A stretch of DNA of 64,000 nucleotides, taken from Squalus acanthias (Eukaryota). Made by a program: the position numbers and the translations under genes. The notes below the pieces were generated by a model. That model saw nothing but the letters and a program-made list of their open reading frames with translations. It ran no database searches and was not told the DNA's origin. The stretch is taken from positions 74,338,001 to 74,402,000 of the forward strand of contig CM059430.1 of assembly GCA_030390025.1 (NCBI GenBank), in the 5' to 3' direction. Each line of letters starts with the position of its first letter. Position 1 is the first letter of the stretch. Shown piece by piece: positions 12,993-25,050 of this stretch.

Positions 12993-13277
12993 TTATACAA
13001 CAAATTTTACACGAGTTCCTATTCCAAACGTTTGAATCCGATCTTTGGCTACACACTGATAAGTTCCGGCTTCCGGGATAGTCACATTCAGGAGAAGAAG
13101 GGAGCCGCTTCCTTTCTTTACTTGAAACAGTTTTATGCTAGCTTCTTGCAGTAAGGCCGCGTCACACTGTCTCAACCAGTAAATGTTTACCTTTCAATGA
13201 TCGAGATCGAAGGAAAAAGGAGATCGGAGCGGCGTTCAGATAAATTAGCTGAATCGCAGAACCTGGTAGCACGCCGT
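12993..13277 (-). pseudogene. Second VJ-type V pseudo-exon in gene A
   Basis: Reads ..FDLDH*KVNIYWLRQ...LLNVTIPEAGTYQCVAKDRIQTFGIGTRVKFVV*. It has an in-frame TGA and a mutated donor, and is clearly paralogous to the V exon at 13658-13969. Confidence 0.85.
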
Positions 13278-13657
13278 CTAAATGACAGGAATGGGAAACT
13301 TGCTATTCTAATTTGTTAAATGACTTTTAAAATTGTATATTATTGCGAATAACCACAAGATTCTTCATGCTGACACTGCTCAAATTGAAAAGGTGTTTAA
13401 GTTGCCAACATTGAATTCACTTTCCTTGATAAACATGAAATCAAATAATAATTGCAGAAATAGTTCAGTTGTCGCAGTTTGCAGCAACGCTGGAACTAGA
13501 AACCGTCCTTAATTTTGAACTCGTGTCGATCTAATCAAATAGAATGCTCTACAATTTTATGCACAAGGCATGTATTTAATGAAAGCGTTTTTTTAAACCC
13601 TATATGAATAGCGGCAGGAAGTAAACACTTCACGTTTCTAATTGCAGCGACACTTAC

Positions 13658-13969
13658 CGTGAACTACAAGTTGAACACCAGTTCCTTTTGCAACCGTTTG
13701 ATGCTGATATTTTGCTACAGAGTAATACGTTCCGGAGTCCGGGATAGTTACATTCAGGAGGTGAAGGTAGGCGCCGCCTCTCTTTAAACTGAACAATTTT
13801 CTGCTGTCTTCTTGCAGGAAGGTCTTATTACCATCTCTCCACCAGTAAACAAATACGTTTGAATGATCGAGGTCGAAGGGGAAATAACATCGGAAGATAA
13901 CGTCTGTGCCTCTGAGCGCCTTCCTATGTACAACATCTGGAGACAACTTGTCCGATGTGCCCACAGCAA
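13658..13969 (-). CDS. Gene A exon 2: V-set Ig domain with germline-joined J-like G strand; F-strand Cys replaced (YYS)
   Basis: Acceptor tttgttcatag, donor G|gtaagt, 312 nt, phase 1-1, open frame. Motifs VIFRC, VYWWR, LHLLNV..DSGTYYS, KGTGVQLVV. Confidence 0.9.
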
Positions 13970-14314
13970 CTATGAACAAAATATGCATATTCGGGTTTAA
14001 TCATTCATATATAAGGAAGATGATCTGCACACACCAAAATAACATCGTGCGTCCAATCCATTGATACATTTGTAATTCAACGTACCTACCTATAAGAATT
14101 ATTTTCCAGATTCTGAATGTGCTTCCTAATTCAATTATCATAAATTACATTACCTTTCTCATCCAGACATTTCCCTCTGGCAAGGAACAAATGACATGAA
14201 AACAATTCAGAAAATTAAAACAGTAAAAAAACAATACGCGATTGCACATCAACTGCAAGATTGACTTCATGTGCTGTGTCATGAACATTTAATACATAAC
14301 AACAATAATAAAAG

Positions 14315-14974
14315 AGACCAAACGCAGATTGGGTGACCGCTTTGCGGAACACCTCCGTTCAGTCCGTAAGGGGGACCCCGAGCTCCCGGTGGCCTGTCAC
14401 TTTAATTCACCGCTTCACTCCCACTCTGACCTCACCGTCCTCGGCCTAATACACTGTTCCACGGAAGCTCAGCGTAAGCTCGAGGAACAGCACCTCATCT
14501 TTCGTTTAGGCACGCTACAGCCCTCTGGACTCAATATCGAGTTCAACAATTTTAGATCATAACCTCAGCTCCAATCACATTTATATTTTATTTTATCCAC
14601 CCTTTTATTTGTCCCCCCCACCTTTTTTTTCCTCCTAGAAGCTGGCAGCTGTCCTTCATTCTGCCAGTGGATTTCACACTTCATTCAGCCTTAATCTGTC
14701 ACATTAACACCACCTCTAGCCTTGCATATCTCTTAATGTCTCTTAATGTCTCTTCATCTCCTCCTTTGTTCCTTTATCCCCTCCCCCTTTTCCCAGCTTT
14801 ACCCTGGCCTTAAATCTATTTGATTTCCAGCTCTTCCCAGTTCTGATGAAAGGTCATCGACCTGAAACGTCAACTCTCTTTCTCTCTCCACGGATGCTGC
14901 CTGGCCTGCTGAGTTTTTCCAGCGTTTTCTGTTGTTATTTCGGATTTCCAGCATCTGCAGTATTTTGCTATCGT
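14315..14974 (+). mobile_element. Penelope-like element fragment (GIY-YIG C-terminus plus terminal region) in intron 1 of gene A
   Basis: ORF LGDRFAEHLRS...RKLEEQHLIFRLGTLQPSGLNIEF; flanked by the 11-bp direct repeat AATAATAAAAG (14304-14314, 14975-14985); absent from the paralogous intron of gene B. Confidence 0.9.
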
Positions 14975-14990
14975 AATAATAAAAGTGTAC

Positions 14991-15045
14991 CTGGATACAA
15001 AATGCCCAGGAAACACATGCCCCAAAGTGACTTATTCATAAACAT
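14991..15045 (-). CDS. Gene A exon 1: signal peptide MFMNKSLWGMCFLGILYP
   Basis: ATG, 55 nt, phase-1 donor CAG|gtacac; splices in frame to the V exon; conserved in gene B. Confidence 0.75.
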
Positions 15046-15099
15046 TTCGGCAATGAAAATACGGTGTATCATCCGTTCTGACTGAGAGTGGAATTCATG

Positions 15100-15170
15100 A
15101 ACATTTGACGAATGGGCGGCTGTGTGCCGAATACAATCTCAAACTGATCTATGATGTCAGACAGCACATG
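15100..15170 (-). promoter_or_regulatory. Possible proximal promoter of gene A (GC box, CRE-like TGATGTCA)
   Basis: GGGCGG and TGATGTCA lie about 70-110 bp upstream of the ATG and are both retained in gene B (60751-60797). Motif evidence only. Confidence 0.3.
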
Positions 15171-16931
15171 ACTGTTTAATTGCATAGTTTGTTTATTCAT
15201 TTACGGAATGTGGGCGTCGCTGGCAAGTCCAGCATTTCTTGGCCAAACCTAATTACCCTTGAGAAGTTGTTGGTGAGCTGCCTTCTTGAACCGCTGCAGC
15301 TTTTCATGATGGAGAACTGAGTGGCTTTGTAGGCCATTTCAGAGAGCAGCTAAGAGTCAACCACATTAGTGGATAAATGCATGCCCTTTAGAGGTGATCT
15401 GCCGAGGCAGTTCTCAGCTGTAACTGCGAGGCTGTAGTTATAGCAAATAGAGAAAGCTTTATAAACTTGTAGATGAGCTCAATAGTCCATAGCTCCTCAT
15501 CTTCACCCGCCAGCAAGGATGAATACTGCATATCTTCGGTGTTTTGATTCTGCAATATCTACTAATTAGGCCCATTGTTGACCTTAACAGGATCGACTGA
15601 GTACCAAAGTCCATTTCTGTCGGGCTGCTTCGTGAAAGAAACACATATTGGAAGTAAGGATAGTCCACAGATTGTTGGATAGAGCCACAATTAAAAGACT
15701 TAACGGCACGATACTATCGTGGTAGAGGAGGTAATTAAACGTAGATGGAATAAGTGTGCCGACTTTCAAATTTATCCTCGAGTTGCTTTTATGAACTTCA
15801 GAGAATTATATGGTCTATGGATAGTCGCCATTTTATTATAAACTCTATGACTACAGCTGGATTCAAAGCTCCAATGGCAGTATTATGAGCCACTCAGGTT
15901 CCGAATTGAATCTAGAGCTCACTGGTGACAAGCAGTGACAGTGTGAGATGCTCTCTGCCTGGAAAATCACTCCCCTAAAACGTGTGGCTGGGTGTAAAAA
16001 GTAGGACCTCCCGAAAATTAAACAAGCTATTGGAAAAAAAATGCGTTGTGTACTCTTGGCAGTTCAGTCACTTTAGACCATCTGATTAAAACTCTGTCCA
16101 CCGCCGCTAAAGAAAAGCTTTGCCCTCGCGCCAGAAATTGAAATTGCCCCTACAGTCCGTAAGCCTAACATGAAAACTGGGGTATCAGTTTCACGGTATT
16201 TTCGCCGATATTCCAACATAACTTTTGGATAATATCTGCGGAAACCCCGCGTAAATTCTCCATCTTATAATTTTAGCAGTTTCCCAAAGTCAATCCCAAA
16301 TTTGGATACAATTTCATGAGAATTTCTATTAAAAAATCGCAGTATTATTTACATTCCAATTTAGGCCGTTTCACTAAGACGGTATTTTCGTAAAATACAC
16401 TACATTTACGTGGAAGTAGGAAGACACAAAGGCTAATTTAGCAAATGACATAAATCAGAAAATTAAATTTAAAAAAACCTGCCTTATGCATTGCGTTAAT
16501 TTGAGTAGACTTAAAATAAAACTGTTCTGTTACTTATTTTAAATAACTGACCTGTATGTTTAAATGGTGTCGCAGAAAGACAGTTATTGAGTGCTTGTTT
16601 CAATTAATTCTCTTGGAATTACCACAGAGTTTCCTGCCTACTGCCGCCACAACATGGGAGACGCATTCGGGCGAACCCCAGAGAAAGCCACGGCAAATAT
16701 TTCAAATTCCAGACTAAAACCTCAGCAGCTACGATATAACGAAGGTCACAGAATCCGAGTTAAGCAGTGTATCAGCCATGGCTACAGTCTGTTGTCTCAC
16801 ATTATTCACCAAACCGGCGAATGGCTGAGCTGACCTCAGTATTGAATTAACCTGCTCCATTTGAGAGAAGAACTGGTTTATTATGTTATTTGCTGTAATA
16901 AGCGGTAGCGATTCTGCAGTTTATCGACAAT

Positions 16932-17683
16932 GGGCCGGAAATTCAGATCCCTACGGGTGGGTACGCGCAGTGAACCCATCCTTCGGGACATTGGAAATGC
17001 CAGTTTCAGGCATGCACTGCGCATGCGCTGGAAACCAGCATGTCAGATCTTTCAAGAAAGCTCTTGACAGATCCTCCGGCTGTCCGGGAGAACGGCTTCT
17101 GCGGGCGAATAGTTCCGCTTTTTGGACACCCTCCGCCCGCAGAAAACCCATATAATTCTTGCGCCTGGTAAAACCAGGCGGAAGGCCGGCTTTTACCAGG
17201 ATAAGAGTTGAAAAAAGTTTAAAAATTTTTTTCACTGATTAATCATTTAAAAATTCTTTAAAAAAGGTAAGTTCATATTTAGCCCTAAAAAAACTTTAAG
17301 TTATTTTGAAAAATGCAAACGTTTGTTTAAAATAGTTAATTTATTGTACTTTCAAGTCATTTTAAAAAAGTGATTTTTTTTTTACATTTATTTGAAGTTT
17401 TGCTATGTTTTGGGGGTGATCTCCGTTCATATATTTGACAGGTCTTCCTCTCAAATGTATGAAGTGAGATTCCCTTCTTTGATTGGGTCCCCATGGCCCA
17501 CGTGATCCCAGGGACCCAGCGAACGACCTGCGCCTCTGGGATACGTGGGTCCTGCGCACCGGCAGTTTGGAGAGGCCCAGCACCGGAATTGTGCGCCTCC
17601 CGTGAGCCCTCAGGTAAGGGCGCAGATTTTTCCAGATCGCAATGCTCCGCCCGCGGGACGTCTGCGATCGGAATATCTGGGAC
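16932..17683 (-). mobile_element. Harbinger-like MITE with AAT target-site duplication
   Basis: Imperfect TIRs, AAT on both sides, same family as 6861 and 42810 in reverse orientation. Confidence 0.8.
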
Positions 17684-18689
17684 AATATCTGCAAAGGCTG
17701 GAAATCTGAACATTTTTTAACGATTAGCTTGTCAAATTACACAATCTATAATCGAGCAAAGGTATGAAACGCCGAGTGGAAAAAGTTGCACGTGTTAACT
17801 TGAGGTCAGCTCTATACCGTTTCTATATAATTTAATGCTCGACTGAAAAGAACGTGTTGCACAACAAGCTGCTGTGAAGATGAGTCATGTAGGTCAGGTT
17901 AGGTCAGTAGCATCACACAGAAATTGAGTGCTGTCCGTTATTGCATTTTGTGTGTAAATACCAAACCGCAAGGTCAGGGTCATTTTTTAATGGATTGGTG
18001 TTAACTTGATGGCGGCTGAATGTAAGATTAAATGTTGTATTTATTTTATTATTATTAGTCTAGCAACAGAATATATGCCAAAAACAATTTTGGGGTAACT
18101 TTTTGTCTTTGTGGTCGCGGGGTGAGCGTTTCATGCAGCGGGGAACCTACCGGAAATTCGTGTGTGCATCCAGTTCTCTGCTCCCACATATTAGTTTGAA
18201 CTGCAGAGAGACGAAAGGCCACACACACAGGCAAATCTGATTCTGGGTTATATTACTGCTAGAAGTATAATAATAGAAACGAAGGGATTTTGAATTTGCA
18301 CAAGGCAATATTTGAGCGTCAGTTGGAGCATTGCATGCTGTTCTGTCCATCCCATTATAGCAAATGTTTTCTTGCCATTAAAAGGGTACAGTGACGATTC
18401 AATAGTGTTGTGAGTGTTTAGGGACTGGCCTAACAAAGAACAATTCAGGTGAGCCTTTCTTCAGTGGAACAGAGAAGATTGACGAGGAGCTAAGGGAGTC
18501 TTTGATAATTCTGAAAGCTTCTGATAGGGAGACCAGTTACAGATTGTATCCATTTGGTAACAACGAGCAGGGACAGAGAATCATCACTAAAATAACATGT
18601 TTCGGGGTTGATTAGGGCGATTTTAATACGGAAATTCATCAGAATATAAATATATCAACATAAGTGATTATTGTGTTGGAGACTTTTTT

Positions 18690-21600
18690 ATTAATTCGGT
18701 TATGGGATCTTGGCGTCGCTGGCAAGGGCACCATTTATTGCCCATTCCTAGTTGCCCTTGAGACGGTGGTGGTGAGCCGTTTCCTTGAACCGCTGCAGTC
18801 CGTGTGGTGAAAGTATTCACACTGTGCTGTTAGGTAGGAAGTTCCAGGAGTTTGACCTAGCGACGATGAAGAATCGGCGATATATTTCTAAGTCAGGATG
18901 GTATGGTACTTGCAGTGTAACTTCTAGGTGGTGGTTTTCCCTTGCGTCTGCTGCCCTTGTACTTCTAGGTGGAAGAGATCGCGGGTTTGGGACGTGCTGC
19001 CGAAGAAGCCTTGGCGAGTTGCTGCAGTGCATCTTGTAGATGGTACACACTGCAGCCACGGTACACCGGTGGTGGAGGGGGTGAATGTATAAGGTGATGG
19101 ACTGGGTGGCAATCAAACGGGCAGCTTTGTCCTGGATGGTGTCGAGCTTCTTGAGTGTTGTTGCAGCTGCACTCATCCAGTCAAGTGGAAAGTATTCCAT
19201 CACACTCCTTACTTCTGCCTTGTAGATGGTGGAAAGGCTTTGGAGAGTCAGGAGGTGAGACACTCGCCGCAGAATACCTAGCCTCTGACCTGCTCTTGTT
19301 GCCACAGAATTTATCTGGCTGATCCAGGTAAGTTGCTGGTAAATAGCGACCCCCAGGATTTTGACGGTGGGAGATTCGGCGGTGGCAATGCCGTTGAATG
19401 TCAAGGGGACGTGGTTAGACTCTTGCTTGTTGGAGATAATCATTGCCTGGCACTTCTGTGGCGCGAATGTTACCTGAAAGTTATCTGCCCAAGCCTGAAT
19501 GTCGTCCAGGCCTTGTTGCATGCGGGCATGGAATGCTTCATTATCTGAGGAGTTGGGAATGGCACTGAACACTGTGCAGTCATCAGCGAACATCCCCATT
19601 TCTGAACTTATGTTGGAGGGAAGGTCATTGATGAAGCAGCTGAAGATGGATGTGCCTAGGAGGCTGCCCTTTGGAACTCCTGCAGCGATGTCCTGGGGCT
19701 GTGATGATTGAGCATCAATCACATCAAACATCTTCCTTTGTGAGAAGTCGCACAACACCAGGTTATAGTCCAACAGATTTATTTAAAATTACAAGCTTTC
19801 GGAGCTGTCCCTCCTTCCTCAGGTAGAGTAGCTGTGAGAGAATCTCCCAGAATTCACAATATAAACACAGGAAAAATGTATTCAAATCTTTCCCTACATC
19901 AAAGACACACTAAGAGCACAGCCAAGACAATGAGATGTGTCCCAGGGGGTCCAACGTGTCAAAATACCTGCTGGCTGCATATCCTCTGCAGTTGACTTTG
20001 GTTCTTGTGTTAGTTTTTTTTTTAAAAAAGGCTGGAAAGACCGGCCATGATGTCAAGTCACGTTCTGTATCGTGACATGAACCCGATATCGCGATTCAGG
20101 CCATCCTCATGAGTGCGCCACTTGGATATCTGTTTCTGCTCTATGATTTTGCGCTGTCGTGTATCCCGAAGGCCGCCTTGGAGAACGCTTACTCGCAGAT
20201 CCGAGGCTGAATGCCCCTCACTGCTGAAGTGTTCCCCGACTGGGAGGCATACCTCCTGACTGGCGATTGTTGCGCGGTGTCCGTTCATACGTTGTCTCAG
20301 TGTCTGCATGGTCTCGCCGATGTACCATGCTCTGGGGCATCCTTTACTGCAACGTATCAGGTAGACAACGTTGGCCGAGTCACATGAGTATGTACCATGT
20401 ACCTTCCTTTGTGGCAGTTATGCCACCAGCCAGTGGAGCGATTTCCCCTTAATTCCCATTGACTCAAGTTTAACTCGTCCTCCTTCATGCCACACTCGGT
20501 CAAATGCTGCCATGACGTAAAGGCAGTCACTCTCACCTTACCTCTGGAATTCAGCTCCTTTGTCCATGTGTGAACGAAGGTTGTAATGAGGTCGGGAGCC
20601 AAGTGGGATTGACGGAACCCAAACTGTGCATCAGTGAGCAGTTTATTGGTGAGTAAGTGACACTGGATAGCACTCTCGATGATACCTTCCTTCACTTTGC
20701 TGATGATTGAGAGTAGACTGATGGGGCGTTAATTGTTCGTGCGGAATTTCTCCTGCTTTTGGTGTAAAGGATATACCTGGGCTGTTTACCACATTGTCGG
20801 ATAGATGCCAGTGTTGTAGCTGTACTGGAACAACTTGGCTAGAGGCGTGGCTAGTGTGGAGCACCAGTCTTCAGCATGATAGCAGGGATGTTGGCGGGGC
20901 CCATAGCCTTTGCTGTATCCAGTGCGCTCAGCCGTTTCTTAATATCACTTGGAGTGAATCGAATTGGCTATAAGACTGGCTTCTGTGATGGTGGGGACCT
21001 CGGGAGTAGGCCGATATGCATCATCCACTCTGCAGTTCTGGCTGAAGATGATTGCAAACGCTTCAGCCTTGTTTTTTGCACTCACGTGCTGGGCTCCACC
21101 ATCAGTGAGGATGGGGATATTCATGTAGCCTCCTACTCCCATTAGTTGTTTAATGGTCGACCACCATTCACGACTGGATGTGGCAGGACTGCAGAGCTTT
21201 GATCGGATCCATTGATTGTGGGATCGCTTAGCCCCGTCGATAAAATGCTGCTTCCGCTTTTTTGCATGCTTGTAGTCCTGTGTTGCAGCTTATCATGTTG
21301 GAACCACATTTTTATGTACGCCTGGTGATGCTCCCGGAATGCTCTTGTACAAGCCTTAACAACCAGCGTTGGTCCCCTGGCCTGGTGGTAATGGAGAGTG
21401 AGGGATATGCCGGGCATGAGATTACAAATTGTGGTCGAATACAATTCTGCTGATGGCCCAAAGCGCCTCATGGATGACCAGATTTGACCTGCTAGATCTG
21501 TTCTGAATCTATCCCATTTAGCACGGTGGTCGTGCCACACAACACGATGGAGGATGTCCTCAATGTGAAGACGGGACTTCGTCTCCAAAATGTCTATGCG

Positions 21601-22200
21601 GTGGTCACTGCTACCAATACTGTCATGGACGGATGCATCTGCGGCAGCTAGATTGGTGAGGACGAGGTCAAGTAGGTTTTTCCCTCGTTTTGTTTCTCTC
21701 ACCAACTGTCGCAGGCCCTGACTGGCAGTTAAGTCGTTCAGGACTCGGCCACCTCGGTCATTACTGGTGCTACCGAGCCACTCTTGGTAATGGACTTTGA
21801 AGTCCCCCACCCATAGTACATTCTGTGGCCTTGCTACTCTCAGTGTTTCTTCCAAGTTGTGTTCAGCATGGAAGAGTACTGATTCATCAGCTGAGGGAGG
21901 GCAGTAGTTGGTAATCAGCAGGAGCTTTCCTTGCCCATGCTTGACCTGAAGCCATGAGACTTCATGGGGGCCGAAGTCAATGTGAAGGACTCCCAGGGCC
22001 ACTACTTCCCGACTGTATACCGCTGTAGTGCTAACCTTGGTGGTGTTGTCCTGCTGGTGGGCCAGGACGTACCCAGGGATGGTGTAGGAGGTGTTTGGAA
22101 CATTGGCTGAAAGGTATGATTCTGTGAGTATGACGGTGTCAGGCTGTTGGTTTACTAGTCTGTGCGACAGCTCTCCCGATTTTGGCACAAGTCCCCAGAC
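18690..22200 (-). mobile_element. CR1/L2-group LINE ORF2 (APE endonuclease plus RT), decayed, interrupted by a Penelope fragment
   Basis: ORF 21142-22233 has ILTES, VGDF, LDLVLTN, SDH; ORF 18817-19773 has GVPKGSLLG and FADD. Confidence 0.9.
19743..20402 (-). mobile_element. Penelope-like element fragment (second family)
   Basis: QTLRQRMNGHR...VGEHF...GLNRD GIY-YIG C-terminus; direct repeat CTTCCTTTGTG at 19732-19742 and 20403-20413. Confidence 0.85.
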
Positions 22201-23079
22201 TGTAACAATCTTTACTAAGGAATTGTAAAACATGTGGGAAAATATAATTTTTATTCGGTCAGTTGGAAATCAATTGTACAAATGCCGGTCTTTAAGTTAT
22301 TTTCCCACGCCACAGATTAACTCAGACTGGGTACGTGCTCTCTGCTCTTTGGTCTGTGTCACCCATAGGCCCTTTAATATGGAATGCACTGACTGGTGGC
22401 TAAGCGGGTATAATAAATGGGAGCTTCAGCTTGTGAGAAAATCACAAAGTTACTAGATACATTCGACATGCAGGATAACTTCCAGATGTCGGTGAATTGG
22501 TGACCGTCAGGCTCATTAATTAAATATTCTTCTAAGCAATCGACCTGCTTTGTGGAAAGGAATTAAGTTTAATCCAGTGCAAACATAACAATAATGGCTA
22601 GGCAGTATTCCATTATTAACAGTTCCTCGTGGATTGTCCCGAAATTGCTGCTGAAGAGGTGCTGCTTCGGCAGCTCGGCTTCTTGGGAAGAAATATGGTT
22701 TTCTAATTCACACGGAACCGTCCATGTAGCTGACAATCTGATACACGGACGTCTTCGGCTGTGGTATTAGCTACACAGCAAAGTAATTGAAGGGAAGCGA
22801 TGTAATTGCTGTTTATCTAAATAAGACTAGTATTCATGATAAGGATACCGACAGAGCCACATCAACACTTTTTAATGTTCATAAGCTACCAACAGGCTCT
22901 ACGTTAGAGTAAGTAGGACATGTCCAGGGGATCAACTTTGCCCTGTATATGTGAATTCCTTCGAATCATGTGAATTGTTCCCCATATTTCCGAGAAATAT
23001 AGCAACACTAGTTCAGTTATAATGTGAGGCTTAAATTATCCTAATATTTACTGAAAAATCAATGTAAAAATCAAAGCAA

Positions 23080-25050
23080 GTGTTAGAGTTACTGGAATGC
23101 ATGCAGGAGAACTGATCAGTATATTTACATCCCAACCAGGAAGGAAGCAATGCTGGATCTAGTTCTGGGGAATGAAAAGGGCAAGTTTTAGTGCGAGAGC
23201 ATCTTAGGAGCGAGTGATCACAATATCATTAGGTTGAGAGTGGTTATGGAAAAGGACAAGTCACAATCACAGGTGAAGATATACAATTGAAAGAGGGCTA
23301 ATTTCAGTAAGATGAAAAGGAGTCTGGTTCAAATGGATTGGAAACAAAGATTAGCACGAGAAAAAGCGAATGAGTAATGTGGGGCCGGCAAGGACGAGAC
23401 ACTTCGGGTACAGACTAAAAGCATTTAATTGAACGAAAAAGAGTGGCATGGATGACTAAGGAACTTGAGATTAAAATGTTTAGAATTCAGTAAAGGTTGA
23501 AGCAGACTATAGAAATTTTCGGGTAGAACTGAAAAATGAAATATGAGGGCAAAGCGAGTGTATGAAAAAAAAATTGGAGAACATAACAGGGAGCATTAAT
23601 ATCTTGTAAAAACCTATAAAGAGTAAAATGATTGTCAAATGAAAGGGTGGGGACGATTAGAGACCAAAAGTTATGTTCCTTCAGGAGGCATTGCTGAGGT
23701 TTTGGATGAGTTATTTGCATTTATCTTCAGAAAAGAAGAGGATGCAGCCAATATCAGTGAAGTTTGGAGGATCAGAGAAATGGGACAGGATAATAATATA
23801 AAAAAGCTATCTATTAAACGTTTGAGAGCGTTCAAAGTGCAAAAGCCAACCCGTGCGAATAAGATGCATCACATGTTGCTGAGGGAAGCTCTAGCCACAA
23901 TATTTCCATCCTCTTTGGATATGGGAGAGGTGCCAGAGAACTAAAGGACTGCAAACGTTATACCCCTGGTCAAAAAGGGAAGAAGGATAAATCCGGCAAT
24001 CAGAGACCATAATCCGTGGCAAAATCATTTTCACTTCGAAAGATAGGGGTTAATAGATGAAAGTCAACAAGTCTGACTAATTTGCTTGAGTTCCAGGATG
24101 AAATAACTGAGACAGTTGATTAAGCTAGTGAAATTGACATTTTGCATATGATCTTTCAAAAAGCGTTTTATAATGTGACATAGAATAAATGACTTGGCAA
24201 AATTGAAGCCCATGGGACTAATTTGGCAGTGACCACTTGGATACTATATTGACTAAGAGCCAGGCACAGAGAGTAATGATGTGCACTTGTTTTTGAAACT
24301 GGAGGTAGGTATAAAGTGGTACCCCCAAGGGTCACTGTTAGGACCACTGCTCTTTCTGGTATATTTCAATGTCATTGATCTGGTTAAAGGGGGCATAATT
24401 TCAAAGATGATATAAAACTGCGAAATGTAGTAAACAATTAGAATGATATGATGTAAAGTTGTCATAGAAAGCCTGGTGAATTAAGCAGACACATGCCAGA
24501 TGAAATTTAACACAAAGATGTATGAAGTGATGCATTTTGTGAGGTAGAATGAGGCACGGCAATGTAAATGAAATGATACATTTTTAAATGGTATGCAGGG
24601 ATAGAGAGACCTGGAGGTTTACATACATACATCTTTGAAGTCGGCTATAGATAAAGCTGTTAAGGGATCCTTGGCTTTATAAATGGAGGTATAGAGTACA
24701 AAAACAAGGAATGTATGGCAAATCATTTTAAATCACTGGTTAGGCCGCAGCTGGCGTATTGATCCCAGTTCTTGTGCCCACGCTTTAAAGAAGATGTCAA
24801 GGCCTTGGCGAGGATGAAGACGAGTTTATCTAGAATTTTACAAGTGATGAGGGACTTCAGTTATGTGGAGAGACTAGAGAAGCTGGTATTGTTCTCCTTA
24901 GAGCAGAGCAGATTTATTGGAGATCGAATTGAGGCATTTAGAAAGGGGGTTTGATAGAGAAAAAAGCGAGAAAATGTTTCTGGTGGCAGGAGAGTCGTTA
25001 ATCAGAGAACAGATATTTCAGATGGTTAGCAAAATCAGTGGCGAGGGAGG
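23080..25050 (+). mobile_element. Old CR1 LINE ORF2 remnant
   Basis: Degenerate LDLVL, SDHN, GEVPE, PQGSLLGP and FSLEQ motifs with many stops. Confidence 0.85.

Larger units (their letters stand above)
11800..18400. repeat. Segmental duplication copy A (C1 exon through upstream region), paralogous to 58790-64000
   Basis: Colinear similarity of exons, introns and upstream non-coding DNA (e.g. 17690-18400 vs 63290-64000); similarity is lost just 3' of the C1 exon. Confidence 0.95.

Noticed and set aside
12993-13988. Rearranging Ig/TCR V segments
   Set aside because: No CACAGTG/ACAAAAACC signals seen beside the V exons; the G strand is already joined and followed by a splice donor.
14154-14176. 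23-nt mini-exon candidate in intron 1 (also near 60470-60492)
   Set aside because: The only frame open in both paralogs ends in phase 0, incompatible with the phase-1 V exon; leader splices to V in frame without it.
15459-15769. ORFs upstream of the leader, also present in copy B
   Set aside because: Frames are not conserved between copies and no domain is recognisable; treated as duplicated non-coding DNA.
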